64,000 bases of DNA from an uncultured Nitrososphaerales archaeon (GTDB lineage Archaea > Thermoproteota > Nitrososphaeria > Nitrososphaerales > Nitrososphaeraceae). The notes under the pieces are model-generated. The model searched no databases, was not told the DNA's origin, and saw only the letters and a program-made list of their open reading frames with translations. Every line of letters starts with the position of its first letter. Positions within the stretch are counted from its first letter, which is position 1. Location: the NCBI GenBank assembly GCA_963695855.1, contig CAVOHZ010000008.1:64001-128000 (forward strand), in the 5' to 3' direction. This document shows, one piece after another, positions 55,480 to 64,000 of the stretch. The translations under genes were made by a program, and so were the position numbers.

Positions 55480-55935
55480 TTACGGTTCTTGTTCTTCTCT
55501 CCAGCCCCATATCCCCTTCTTTTTCCATCTTATATAAGCAAAAATCCAAGTCTTGATCATTAACCCTACATCATATGAGCTATAGTCACTTGACCAATCT
55601 TCATCAGGTTTTAGATAACAGATAGTATTGTCTATGAACATATGGGGAGTTTGTGTTGGATCAAGATCAGGTTCTATTATACGTACTTTAGGAGGAAACA
55701 AAGGATAGTCTTGAACATATTCTATTAGAAAAATAAAGCATGTTTTTTCAAAGCTTCCTTCAATTTGAAGTTGTGTTACAGGTAATTCAATTACTAACCC
55801 AATATTCCCATTGTCCATAATGTGAAACTTCCATCTGGTATTCAATTCAAATGCTCCGGCTATCTCGTTTGCTTCGTATTGTATACTTCTATCACCATTT
55901 CCTACTACATTAATTGAGTTGTTCAAGTTAATCAC
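55480..55935 (-). CDS. Prokaryotic E2 (UBC-fold) conjugating enzyme
   Basis: IEY..DYP..PPKV....P......PHM.....ICY.....W...Y....V...IKTW; catalytic Cys retained; overlaps the E1 stop. Confidence 0.85.
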   Translation of the reverse strand: MINLNNSINVVGNGDRSIQYEANEIAGAFELNTRWKFHIMDNGNIGLVIELPVTQLQIEGSFEKTCFIFLIEYVQDYPLFPPKVRIIEPDLDPTQTPHMFIDNTICYLKPDEDWSSDYSSYDVGLMIKTWIFAYIRWKKKGIWGWREEQEP

Positions 55936-57184
55936 TTGTTGGAATGCCTTTGGAACATATTTGGCAGTCGGGTATCCGTTCTAATATACGGTCTTCCTGA
56001 TATAAGACAAATGTTTCTACTTTATGATCAGGTAGGTTCTTATTAAACCAATAATAAATATCGGACTTGAATGATCCATCCATGTCTTTTTCTTCTAATA
56101 AAGTACTCAAAATAAATTTTACCGTTGGCAGGGTTATAAGATCAATATCTATTCCTAGCCCTGGTTGTGTCAACATGTCCTTTATATCTCTTCCATAATT
56201 TTTAATATAATTTTTATCTATAATTTGTGGCTTTTGAAATATTGTGTCATCACCATATTTTTTATATATACATCTATAACATATGGATTTTTTACGTGGG
56301 TCTATCCTTATCATTATTCCTCCAGTGATTTTTTCAAATGCACCTGCAAATATAATTGGTATATTTCTTCTGTAACCAAATTCATTAATCGATTCATTCA
56401 TGATATTGTCTCCTGTAGCAGAAACTATAAGGTCAGCCTTAGACAATAAATGATCAAAAAAATCTTCTATATTTCTATTTTCTCTAGAAAAAGGTTTTTC
56501 GATTGTAGTAATGTTAATTATAGGAACTCTGTCTAGAATATAATCTTTAACGGCTAATGTTTTGTATCGTCCAACATCCTTCAAAGAACAAATATGCCTA
56601 ACTATATTATGATCCATTATAACATCACCATCTATTAAAGTTAAATTTCCTACTCCACTCTTAGCTAGATGCAATGCTATTAATGAACCACCAGAACCTA
56701 GCCCTATTATTGCAACGTTTTTTTTATTAATTATTGATAACGGATATTCAGGAGTAGCAATCCTGAGATATAAATTTGAATAATCCTGTATAATAACAAG
56801 TATTTCGTATAAATTATTAGTCTCACTATCTTTGATAAAAATTTTTAAAGAACTTTCCTCTATTAATTCTTTCAAAGATATTTTAAATTGAGGAAGATCT
56901 GATATATTAAAAGTTAAATGAGAGTTGGCTAATATAATATTACCTAGATTGGGTAACTGATACGGTCGTGTGTTGTTGACGATTTGATCAATTCTTTGTA
57001 TTTGATATGTTGATTCATCAATGATAAAACCATTAACGGAAAATAGAAACTTTTCATTATTTTGGAATTTTTTGTCTAATAATATTTCTTTAACAGGAGG
57101 AAATATAACTAGAAATATAGTTTTTGTGTTTGTATTTGTTTTATCCTTATTATATAATATTAATTTATGATCTCTCATTGACAT
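55928..57184 (-). CDS. ThiF/E1-like adenylyltransferase with ~140-aa N-terminal extension
   Basis: IIGLGSGGS, IDGD....HNIVRH, G.YK, ATGD, Zn pairs CYRC and CQIC. Confidence 0.92.
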   Translation of the reverse strand: MSMRDHKLILYNKDKTNTNTKTIFLVIFPPVKEILLDKKFQNNEKFLFSVNGFIIDESTYQIQRIDQIVNNTRPYQLPNLGNIILANSHLTFNISDLPQFKISLKELIEESSLKIFIKDSETNNLYEILVIIQDYSNLYLRIATPEYPLSIINKKNVAIIGLGSGGSLIALHLAKSGVGNLTLIDGDVIMDHNIVRHICSLKDVGRYKTLAVKDYILDRVPIINITTIEKPFSRENRNIEDFFDHLLSKADLIVSATGDNIMNESINEFGYRRNIPIIFAGAFEKITGGIMIRIDPRKKSICYRCIYKKYGDDTIFQKPQIIDKNYIKNYGRDIKDMLTQPGLGIDIDLITLPTVKFILSTLLEEKDMDGSFKSDIYYWFNKNLPDHKVETFVLYQEDRILERIPDCQICSKGIPTSD

Positions 57185-58178
57185 TTTTAGCTTTCTCCTT
57201 TAAATAAATATTGGATAAAGAAAAAGCTTTTAAACCTGTAAATACATTTTTTAACCTCCTTTTCAAGACACTAATTCTTGTCTTATCACTTAGATGAGAA
57301 GTCTTATCACTTAGATGAGAAGTCTTATCAATATAATATTGTGATCTATCCACCATATTTTTTATTTTAGGCAATAATTCTACTCTATTAAAAAAAATAT
57401 CTGAAAATAGAATTTCTTCAACTATTTTAGTAAATTTACGATCTAATGTAACGCCGATACTAATTCTATCATTCATAGATATATTGAGATGTGGAAATTT
57501 AATAAATACAGAATAGACAATTTTATCCTTTGAAGTATACCAATTATCATTTGAACTGTAAATTTCTTCATAAAATAATTTATAATTCCGAGACTTATTA
57601 GATTGTGAATGGAGAAATGTTTTGCCAGTATAGTCTTTCAAATTTTTCGATAGATTGTCAACGAAATTTCGAACGTTTATTGTTTTACCATTAAAAAATT
57701 TATTTGACTGTTGTATATTAGTTATCCTCTTTATTTGAAGATCTTTTTTAACAAATTCATTTTTATCAAAATAATAATTAGTGGCTATGAGATTATAATC
57801 ATAATCATAAAAATCTATTATTAATGATAAATAGTTTCGTTTATGGCTATTCTGTAAGAGAAACAACTCAGCTTGTTTATCATCACCATTACTGGGACCG
57901 CCATATCCTAAATGCTTATGCCAATTTCCTAGATAAGTCAGATTATTTCTTTCCATTTGTTTGGTTATATTTATTGCAAAATCTTCATCCATTTCAAAAT
58001 AGACAGGTGTTCTTTTTGCATTAGCTGATGGTAACTGAATTATTTTTAAGATTATTAGATATTCTCCTATGATCCTACCAAAAAGTAATCCACCTGTTTC
58101 AACGTTTTTGTGACTATTACTTTCTTCGATGATATCATCAATTGTATTCTCTGTTATGATTAACTTGTTATGACTCAT
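57165..58178 (-). CDS. JAB/MPN+ (JAMM) metallopeptidase with C-terminal extension
   Basis: ETGGLLFG and YLGNWHKH.....PS..D; 21-bp tandem duplication (DKTSHLS)x2 at ~57280-57328; overlaps the E1 start. Confidence 0.9.
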   Translation of the reverse strand: MSHNKLIITENTIDDIIEESNSHKNVETGGLLFGRIIGEYLIILKIIQLPSANAKRTPVYFEMDEDFAINITKQMERNNLTYLGNWHKHLGYGGPSNGDDKQAELFLLQNSHKRNYLSLIIDFYDYDYNLIATNYYFDKNEFVKKDLQIKRITNIQQSNKFFNGKTINVRNFVDNLSKNLKDYTGKTFLHSQSNKSRNYKLFYEEIYSSNDNWYTSKDKIVYSVFIKFPHLNISMNDRISIGVTLDRKFTKIVEEILFSDIFFNRVELLPKIKNMVDRSQYYIDKTSHLSDKTSHLSDKTRISVLKRRLKNVFTGLKAFSLSNIYLKEKAKNVNERS

Positions 58179-58333
58179 TGTAATGTATAAAAATGTTTAA
58201 TATTGGGAATGGTTACTTTGCCTGTATCGACATCAACCATATTATCTTCATCTTTTCTTCTAAGAACTACTTCTGCAGCTTTATTTTTTATCCCTTCTAA
58301 ATCTTCAAACACATGCTTCAAATCTCTGGGCAT
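58175..58333 (-). CDS. 52-aa ORF heading the JAB-E1-E2 operon (not in the ORF track)
   Basis: MPRDLKHVFEDLEGIKNKAAEVVLRRKDEDNMVDVDTGKVTIPNIKHFYTLQ*; its TGA overlaps the JAB ATG (ATGA coupling); TATA box 22-29 nt upstream. Confidence 0.7.
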   Translation of the reverse strand: MPRDLKHVFEDLEGIKNKAAEVVLRRKDEDNMVDVDTGKVTIPNIKHFYTLQ

Positions 58334-58354
58334 GATATTATATATTAATAAGAT

Positions 58355-58370
58355 ATATTTAAGCTCTGTT
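58355..58370 (-). promoter_or_regulatory. Putative BRE/TATA promoter of the JAB-E1-E2 operon (leaderless)
   Basis: aacagagc-TTAAATAT centred ~26 nt upstream of ATG 58333. Confidence 0.45.
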
Positions 58371-58659
58371 AATTTAAGCTATATTCACTTCTTCCATTCA
58401 ATTCGTTAATAAAATAATTCTCCAATATTGTATCATTATACATAGAAAGGAAGAATTGTAACCAGCTATAAACGTGAAATAGATTGCATTCATTTGTGAT
58501 ACATGAATAGTAATCATGGATAGTAATCATCAAAAGATTCAGTCCGATCCTTGAAATACTGGTTAACTCTTTCCATCACATTTTTCTGAAATGGTGAATG
58601 TAGATAATGTTTTAATTCAATTACGTTACATGCTTTATCGTACCATCATATACCACGCA

Positions 58660-59276
58660 GATTCCCGCTTGACATTTAAAAGCTGATTATGTTGAAACAT
58701 GTAATTGTGATTATGGCTGTCCATGTAATTTCAACGGGGTTCCTACGTATGGTTTTTGTAGAGATTTACTATTATATCATATAAGAGAAGGAAATTATAG
58801 AGTTATAAAATTAGATGGTTTAGATGTATTTAGTGCATGTTCTTGGCAAGGCAATACCTGAAGGAAATGGCACAATGCAACTCTATATTACTAAAAAATC
58901 ATTGGAAGATAATAATGCAAAACATGCATTAATTGATATATTTTCAGGTAAAGCTAAAGGAGAAGATCCTTTTGCTATCTTTGCAGGGACAATAAAATAT
59001 TTTCTTGAACCTCAATTTGTAGATATCAATGTCAAGATAGATGGAAAGAAAAGTAGTTTCTCTGTTCCCGATATCATGGATGTACAATTAGAAAGTTTTA
59101 TAAATCCTGTAACTGGGGAAGAACAAGATACAAAGATACAACTACCAAAAGGGTTTATTTGGAAACTTGCAGAAGCAGCAAAAACAAAGATAATGCGTAT
59201 TACTACTCCAAGTTTAAATTTTGATGATTCTGGCAAGAGTTCATTTTATTCAGTTGTAGAGTATAGAGGACCATAA
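58660..59276 (+). pseudogene. DUF1326 family protein, disrupted
   Basis: ADYVETCNCDYGCPCNFNG.PTYGFC motif in a different frame from the C-terminal ORF; in-frame stop and frameshifts. Confidence 0.8.
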
Positions 59277-59395
59277 CTGTAGTAATAATAATAAATTCTC
59301 TATCTTCGGATTTCAAATTTGATTGGAGTGGATCATAATTTTAGTAAGTAATTAAGGTTAAGTATTTTAAAGTAATTAAGGTAAAATATTTTATA

Positions 59396-60211
59396 GTGTA
59401 TAAAGTACAAAAAATAATTCTTGTATCTCTAATCTTTGCTTCTTTGATAGCATGGATGTTCTCTATCAGGCAACCTGCCATAATGATGGATACCATGATA
59501 ACACTAAATCCTATTACAGTATTGCTATTTACTTTAGTCTGGACAGTAGGAATGGTTGCCATGATGTTTCCAGCTATTGTTCCTATGGTGTTATTGTATA
59601 ATCGATTGATAATTGCAGAGAATAAGAGTGATTATCTTTTTGATATTTCTAAACAAAAAAATAAGCGACAATTTCCATTAATCTTTTCCATTAATTATTC
59701 TGTAATGACGATAGTTTTTGTTACATCTTATCTTTTAGTGTGGTCATTAACTGGAATTTTACTCTTGTTGTCTTGGTCTTTCTTAATGAATAACTTCTTC
59801 ATAACTTATGGAGCAAAAGAATTAGATATTGTGTATGGATTGCTACTTGTTATTACTGGGCTATACCAATTTAGTTCATTAAAAGGAAAGTGTCTGGGAT
59901 ATTGTGAATCTCCTTTAGCCTTCTTTACGAGGAGATGGAAAGGAAATGGGATAAGAGGTGCAATAAAAATGGGAACATATCATGGACTATATTGCTTAGG
60001 GTGTTGTTGGCCTTATTTTCTATTAATGGTAGCATTAGGATGGATGAATATAGCATGGATGGGTCTATTTGCTGGAATAATATTTGGAGAAAAAATATGG
60101 TCAAAGGGAATATGGATATCCAGGTTTTCAGGAATTGCTTTTGCTATTGTAGGAACCCTGACTATTTTTGGAATGATTACATTGCATAATGATATTATAA
60201 ATATGCGTTAG
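59396..60211 (+). CDS. DUF2182 family predicted metal-binding membrane protein
   Basis: W..GMVAMMFP, YQFS.LK..CL.YC.SP, G.YCLGCCW...L.MV.LG.MN..WM; usual partner of DUF1326. Confidence 0.9.
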   Translation: MYKVQKIILVSLIFASLIAWMFSIRQPAIMMDTMITLNPITVLLFTLVWTVGMVAMMFPAIVPMVLLYNRLIIAENKSDYLFDISKQKNKRQFPLIFSINYSVMTIVFVTSYLLVWSLTGILLLLSWSFLMNNFFITYGAKELDIVYGLLLVITGLYQFSSLKGKCLGYCESPLAFFTRRWKGNGIRGAIKMGTYHGLYCLGCCWPYFLLMVALGWMNIAWMGLFAGIIFGEKIWSKGIWISRFSGIAFAIVGTLTIFGMITLHNDIINMR

Positions 60212-60467
60212 TAAATTCATTTTGTCAAAAAGAAGATGATTCTATAGTGTTATAAGATTAATTATAAAAATATCTTTTAAGAATCGAGTTCGCCTAAATA
60301 TTCAGTAAGCTAGTCTGGAGTGGACTCGTCAATGAGTAGGGTTCGACTTGTATTTAGCTTTTATTATTAGAAACTTATTTTGAATTAATAATAATAAATA
60401 TTATTATAATAATAAGTTTGACTGTACATTTCCGAGAATATTATAGAAGCACATGAACGTAAAATTT

Positions 60468-60537
60468 GGGGCAAAAATTTAGGTCAGATTTGTTTCACAT
60501 CCCACTGACCCCATTTATAAATGGATTCATATACTTT
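60468..60537 (+). repeat. att junction 9 (arm C, followed by type-2 integrase stub)
   Basis: ggggcaaaaatttaggtcagatttgtttcacatcccactgacccca-tttataaatggattcatatacttt. Confidence 0.88.
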
Positions 60538-60584
60538 TTGTGTATCATACCATTTGTAGAAAAAAAGGAGGAATAAACCGGTGA

Positions 60585-60872
60585 ATGCTTATGAAACTAA
60601 TTAATACCATTGGAAAAATTCAAACGGTTCCAAATTCTACTACTAAATAAATATTAAATAAATTTCTTGGATATATGAAAGGTAATGGTTCTTCTTACTA
60701 TCATCAAAATAATAATCTAAAAGTTGTTATTCCATTTGCCATTTATTTGGATCCATTACTACATTCTATAATATCAATAAAAAAGAACAAATACTATCAT
60801 TTCTAAACATAAAAATAAAGAATCAAGAAGATGACCCAGATAAGAGATGGATTACAACATGGAACAATCACC
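60585..60872 (+). pseudogene. Probable integrase N-terminal remnant (type 2)
   Basis: MKL..TIGKI...PN...*..FL.YMK.NGSS..HQNNNLKV...KEQILSFL..KIK....DPDKRWITTWN; homologous to 62906; stop and frameshift. Confidence 0.7.
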
Positions 60873-60956
60873 TGGCTACATGTTAGCAATCATAAGATTC
60901 ATCGAAAATCGCTGAATAGCGAAATACAGGATCGTAGAATTCTATAATAGGTTCTA

Positions 60957-62051
60957 TTATACGAAAGAAACATGTGAAAGGAACAAGTCGTCAAAAAATT
61001 GAATAAAATCCTTATTATTAATAACATCATCTCCAAATATCCCAAAGCTTATTACTTTGCCATTTCCATATTCCAATTCATAAGCAGCTATAAGATAATT
61101 GTACATAGATTGAGCTTTATAATCTATTAAAATATTTACATTTGGATTGGTTATATATTGCTCTTCGTGATGAACGTATGAAAATGGATTGTTATTAAAA
61201 TCAATAGAACATGAACTACCACAACCGAAATTACTACCCACCCATTCAGTAGTTTCATCAGCCCATCTTTCTTTAATATCTCTCCAAGCCTTTTCTCCAT
61301 CGAAAGCCCAACGATGTCCTTGAACGAGTGTGATCTGCTGATCCATTGGATCATAAATAACTTCAGTATAGAATACATTTGAATCAAGTAAAATAAGGAT
61401 ACCGCCGTTTTCTACAAATTTTTTGAAGCTATAGTATTCTTCTTGAGTTACATATTCTTGGTGTCCTAGAATAATAAATTTATAGAGATTTTCGGCTTTC
61501 TCACTAAACAATAAACCATTATGTATATCTATGTCCGTTAAAAATGATACTTCCATATTCGGGGACAGGAATGAGATGCGATCAGCTAAATGTTTTAAAC
61601 CACTAGACTTCTTATTTAAAAATGCTAGTTCCTTGGTAGGAACCTGAGATGATAATAACTGAAGATCTGTAGTTACGAATTCATTTTGAGTAACTTTGCC
61701 ATATTTTTTAAAAAAAATATAAAATGAGTTGTCATAGGCTGCCATAGTGAAGGTAGGCAATACAAAGGCTATTTTGTTATCCTTTTCTTGGCTAAAAGGA
61801 GTAACGATAGATTTTCTATCCTCTTCAAGTGTTGGGCCACTTTTATATGAACGAAAATCTTTTATAATTTCTTTTAAATAGTAATTTTGGATAATTGTGT
61901 TATCTAAATTTTTTTCATCCATTTCGCTTGCATATTCATCTTCAAAATCATAATAAGTCTTCTCACTTTGCGAAAAAGTATTACCAACGGAGAGTATAGA
62001 TGAAGAAAAGATCAGAATAACAGACAGTGCCAAATTAAAAGTAATAAGCAC
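60957..62051 (-). CDS. Exported N,N-dimethylformamidase beta-subunit-like (GATase-like) domain protein
   Basis: P.FT.AAY, TDIDIH, ILGHQEY.T..EY.....FV.NGG.L..L.SN.FY.EV. Confidence 0.7.
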   Translation of the reverse strand: MLITFNLALSVILIFSSSILSVGNTFSQSEKTYYDFEDEYASEMDEKNLDNTIIQNYYLKEIIKDFRSYKSGPTLEEDRKSIVTPFSQEKDNKIAFVLPTFTMAAYDNSFYIFFKKYGKVTQNEFVTTDLQLLSSQVPTKELAFLNKKSSGLKHLADRISFLSPNMEVSFLTDIDIHNGLLFSEKAENLYKFIILGHQEYVTQEEYYSFKKFVENGGILILLDSNVFYTEVIYDPMDQQITLVQGHRWAFDGEKAWRDIKERWADETTEWVGSNFGCGSSCSIDFNNNPFSYVHHEEQYITNPNVNILIDYKAQSMYNYLIAAYELEYGNGKVISFGIFGDDVINNKDFIQFFDDLFLSHVSFV

Positions 62052-62686
62052 AATTACTTATTCCAAAAATTATTTAAATAGGGAATGTAGGACTCTCTCT
62101 ATACATTTGTTAATGCTTTCTTACAGTTAGTATCTTATTTTTTCTTATATAGTGACAATATAAAATAAAATTATATCCTTATATTCTTAGTAACAAATCT
62201 ACAAACGGTAACTTTTAAAAATCGGATCGTTATATAATCTACATACATCAATAACATATCTTATCAATTTATCATGGTCCATAAATCCATGAACCATGCA
62301 ACAAGGCAGGAAAGTTATCAAATTTAATTAGAGAGAATAACAAGTATTATGTCAGTTGGAAATGAGTTTTCCACTCGTTACCTCTCTAGAAGCATATATT
62401 GCTGAATTAGAAGCTAAAATATCGAATGTGATAATCACAAAAAAACTAAATAACAATCGAAAATACAAATTACAAAAGACGTTATTAGATTCTAATTCAA
62501 GAGGCAATCAAGATCAGACTTAAATAGATCATCCTGAAGCAATATTTTAAGGAAATTTATCAACGACTAAAAGAAAGATAAGTTCTGTTTGTTATTTGAT
62601 CCAATAACGAAAAATCCATTTGCTTTATAATATTGAAATAAGTACGGGATTAACTGTTATTAAAAAATCTTTAATCTAAAGAAGTA

Positions 62687-62851
62687 ACTGGTCGCACTTT
62701 ATAGAAGGGTTCACATCCTACTGGTTTGACTACGAAGCCATTGAACCCACTTTTATAATGAAATATATAATGCTAATTAAAAATCCATTTTTTAGGTCAA
62801 ATTTGTTTCACATCCCACTGGCCCCATTATATAAGTGGGGTCATATACTTT
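62687..62851 (+). repeat. att junction 10 (composite double site, arm C)
   Basis: actggtcgcactttatagaagggttcacatcctactggtttgactacgaag...taggtcaaatttgtttcacatcccactggcccca-ttatataagtggggtcatatacttt. Confidence 0.92.
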
Positions 62852-62905
62852 GAATTTGATATTAGAATTTGTAAAGAAGGATAAGAGTAAGAGTAAAGAA
62901 AGAAA

Positions 62906-63390
62906 ATGTCACTAAAACTATCTACAACAATAGGAAAGATTAAGAATATTCTTAATACAAAAAATATAGAGATTATAAATGAATTCCTTGAGTATATGAG
63001 AAGTAATAATTCTTCAGAACATCATCAAAATAACAATTTAAAGGTCGAAATATCATTTAGTAATTTTATAGGTAAAGATAAATCTTTTTATGGCATCAAT
63101 AAAAAAGAACAAATTAGAATTTCTTAATACTAAAATTAAAAACTATGAGGAAGCTTCTGATAAAAGATAGATAACTACTTGAAATAACTATCTAAATAGG
63201 TTTAGACTATTTTATAGATGGTTGTATAATCATGAGAAAGATATTGATCATGAAAATTGGCAAACTCCTGAATTAAAATAAAGAATAAAAAAAGTAAAAG
63301 AATATCCTCATACCTAGAAAGGGAAATTTGGGAAAAAATCAATTATTATCAATAATCTAATACGAGCCTTATACTAGGAATGAGGTCGCT
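62906..63390 (+). pseudogene. Probable integrase N-terminal remnant (type 2)
   Basis: MSLKLSTTIGKI...EFLEYMRSNNSSEHHQNNNLKV, continuing across lesions as NNYLNRFRLFYRWLYN...WQTPE...KRISSYLE.EIW. Confidence 0.72.
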
Positions 63391-63482
63391 TGGAAATTTA
63401 GAATACAAATGTCATAAAACATCAAATAATAGATAGCTAAAAATGTATCTACGATCTTTGGTTAGTCAGTATATTTTGGGAA

Positions 63483-64000
63483 TTAATCATAGACATATCC
63501 CAAATCTATTGTTTTACGTAATTCAGATTCATTGTAAGTCCAAGGATCCATTATTGCATCATTACCATTGAGAGAAGGATGTAAATTCAGATGGTCTTCT
63601 TGCCACTGACTCCATATACGATCAATATTGGCATGATGTAACCAAAATAAAATATCAACAGGAGATAAGCTAGTAGCCATGATGCCTCCTACCCAGCGGT
63701 GAAGTCTATTATGTGTATCGGTTTCTAATCCAAATGTTCTATATTTCCAGCCTTCTAGTGCATCAGTAAATTTTGTGAAAGTTTGTTGTTGTTTTACTAT
63801 ATTTATATCACTTGAAGGGGGTAATCTATTAGCATTCGGATCTAAACCTGGTCTTCTTTGAACGTTTCTTGGTATGCCTTCAACAACTACGGTCGGAGTA
63901 AAATTTTTTAGCCAATCGGGAATATCTGTGTCTACAGTCCAATCCCAATATGGAATATATAGAGAAGGATTCCATGCCCTTAACCCTTGTTCTAATTCAA
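63483..64000 (-). CDS. Tyrosinase (type-3 copper), N-terminus outside the window
   Basis: Open frame from the window end: IPYWDW ... HNRLHRWVGG.M....SP.D.LFWLHHANIDRIW (CuB site). Confidence 0.9.
   Translation of the reverse strand, partial: ELEQGLRAWNPSLYIPYWDWTVDTDIPDWLKNFTPTVVVEGIPRNVQRRPGLDPNANRLPPSSDINIVKQQQTFTKFTDALEGWKYRTFGLETDTHNRLHRWVGGIMATSLSPVDILFWLHHANIDRIWSQWQEDHLNLHPSLNGNDAIMDPWTYNESELRKTIDLGYVYD

Larger units (their letters stand above)
27604..64000. mobile_element. Tandem array of integrated elements (genomic island) anchored on tRNA-Pro(GGG), extending past the window end
   Basis: Ten downstream copies of the tRNA 3' end, five integrase genes/stubs directly after att copies, IS debris, heterogeneous cargo. 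Confidence 0.85.

Noticed and set aside
55480-58178. Type II CBASS, or ThiF/MoeB cofactor biosynthesis
   Set aside because: No CD-NTase or effector; E1 and E2 are separate genes; no ThiS/MoaD or thiamine/Moco genes; an E2 is not used in sulfur transfer
58203-58409. Plus-strand 68-aa ORF
   Set aside because: Antisense shadow of the 52-aa ORF, which has promoter and coupling support
60300-60350. GGGTTCGAC T-loop-like motif with a small hairpin
   Set aside because: No matching T stem or acceptor strand; likely chance
2977-61387. Many short ORFs overlapping larger genes (e.g. 4166, 5282, 6140, 17785, 20098, 25976, 31758, 43628, 59935)
   Set aside because: Shadow or alternate-frame ORFs of well-supported genes, with no motifs
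29630-62851. att repeats interpreted as extra tRNA genes or CRISPR repeats
   Set aside because: Only the T-loop/acceptor 3' part is present, with no 5' half; spacing is kilobases

Overview
Very AT-rich archaeal DNA whose gene content points to a soil/terrestrial ammonia-oxidising thaumarchaeon (Nitrososphaeraceae, Ca. Nitrosocosmicus-like). The evidence is a split metH, NreA with a PIP box, intron-containing tRNAs and Nitrososphaera-type integrases; the taxon is an inference. Positions 1-9.8 kb are accessory: secreted RTX/PsbP/Vgb proteins and decayed P450 and CBS-HPF remnants. Positions 9.8-27.6 kb are mostly core: tRNA-Leu(CAA), egtD/egtB, trpC/B/A, split metH, nreA, an ABC exporter and tRNA-Pro(GGG). 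From tRNA-Pro to the window end (>36 kb) the sequence is punctuated by ten direct copies of the tRNA 3' end, most fused to conserved arms, plus one inverted arm copy. Several are followed by tyrosine-integrase genes or stubs, giving a tandem array of integrated 1.4-8 kb cargo modules. The most notable cargo is a translationally coupled four-gene operon (52-aa ORF, JAB protease, ThiF/E1, E2), a ubiquitin-like conjugation module with no obvious Gly-Gly modifier. Other cargo includes an aegerolysin-LGFP fusion, a membrane/C2H2/NDH-2 fusion, a SAM-lyase-like small gene pair, a GH1 glycosidase and a tyrosinase. There is also an IS110-type end whose non-coding region repeats its flanking target sequence, as expected for a bridge RNA. 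All family calls come from motif recognition by eye; no database searches were run.
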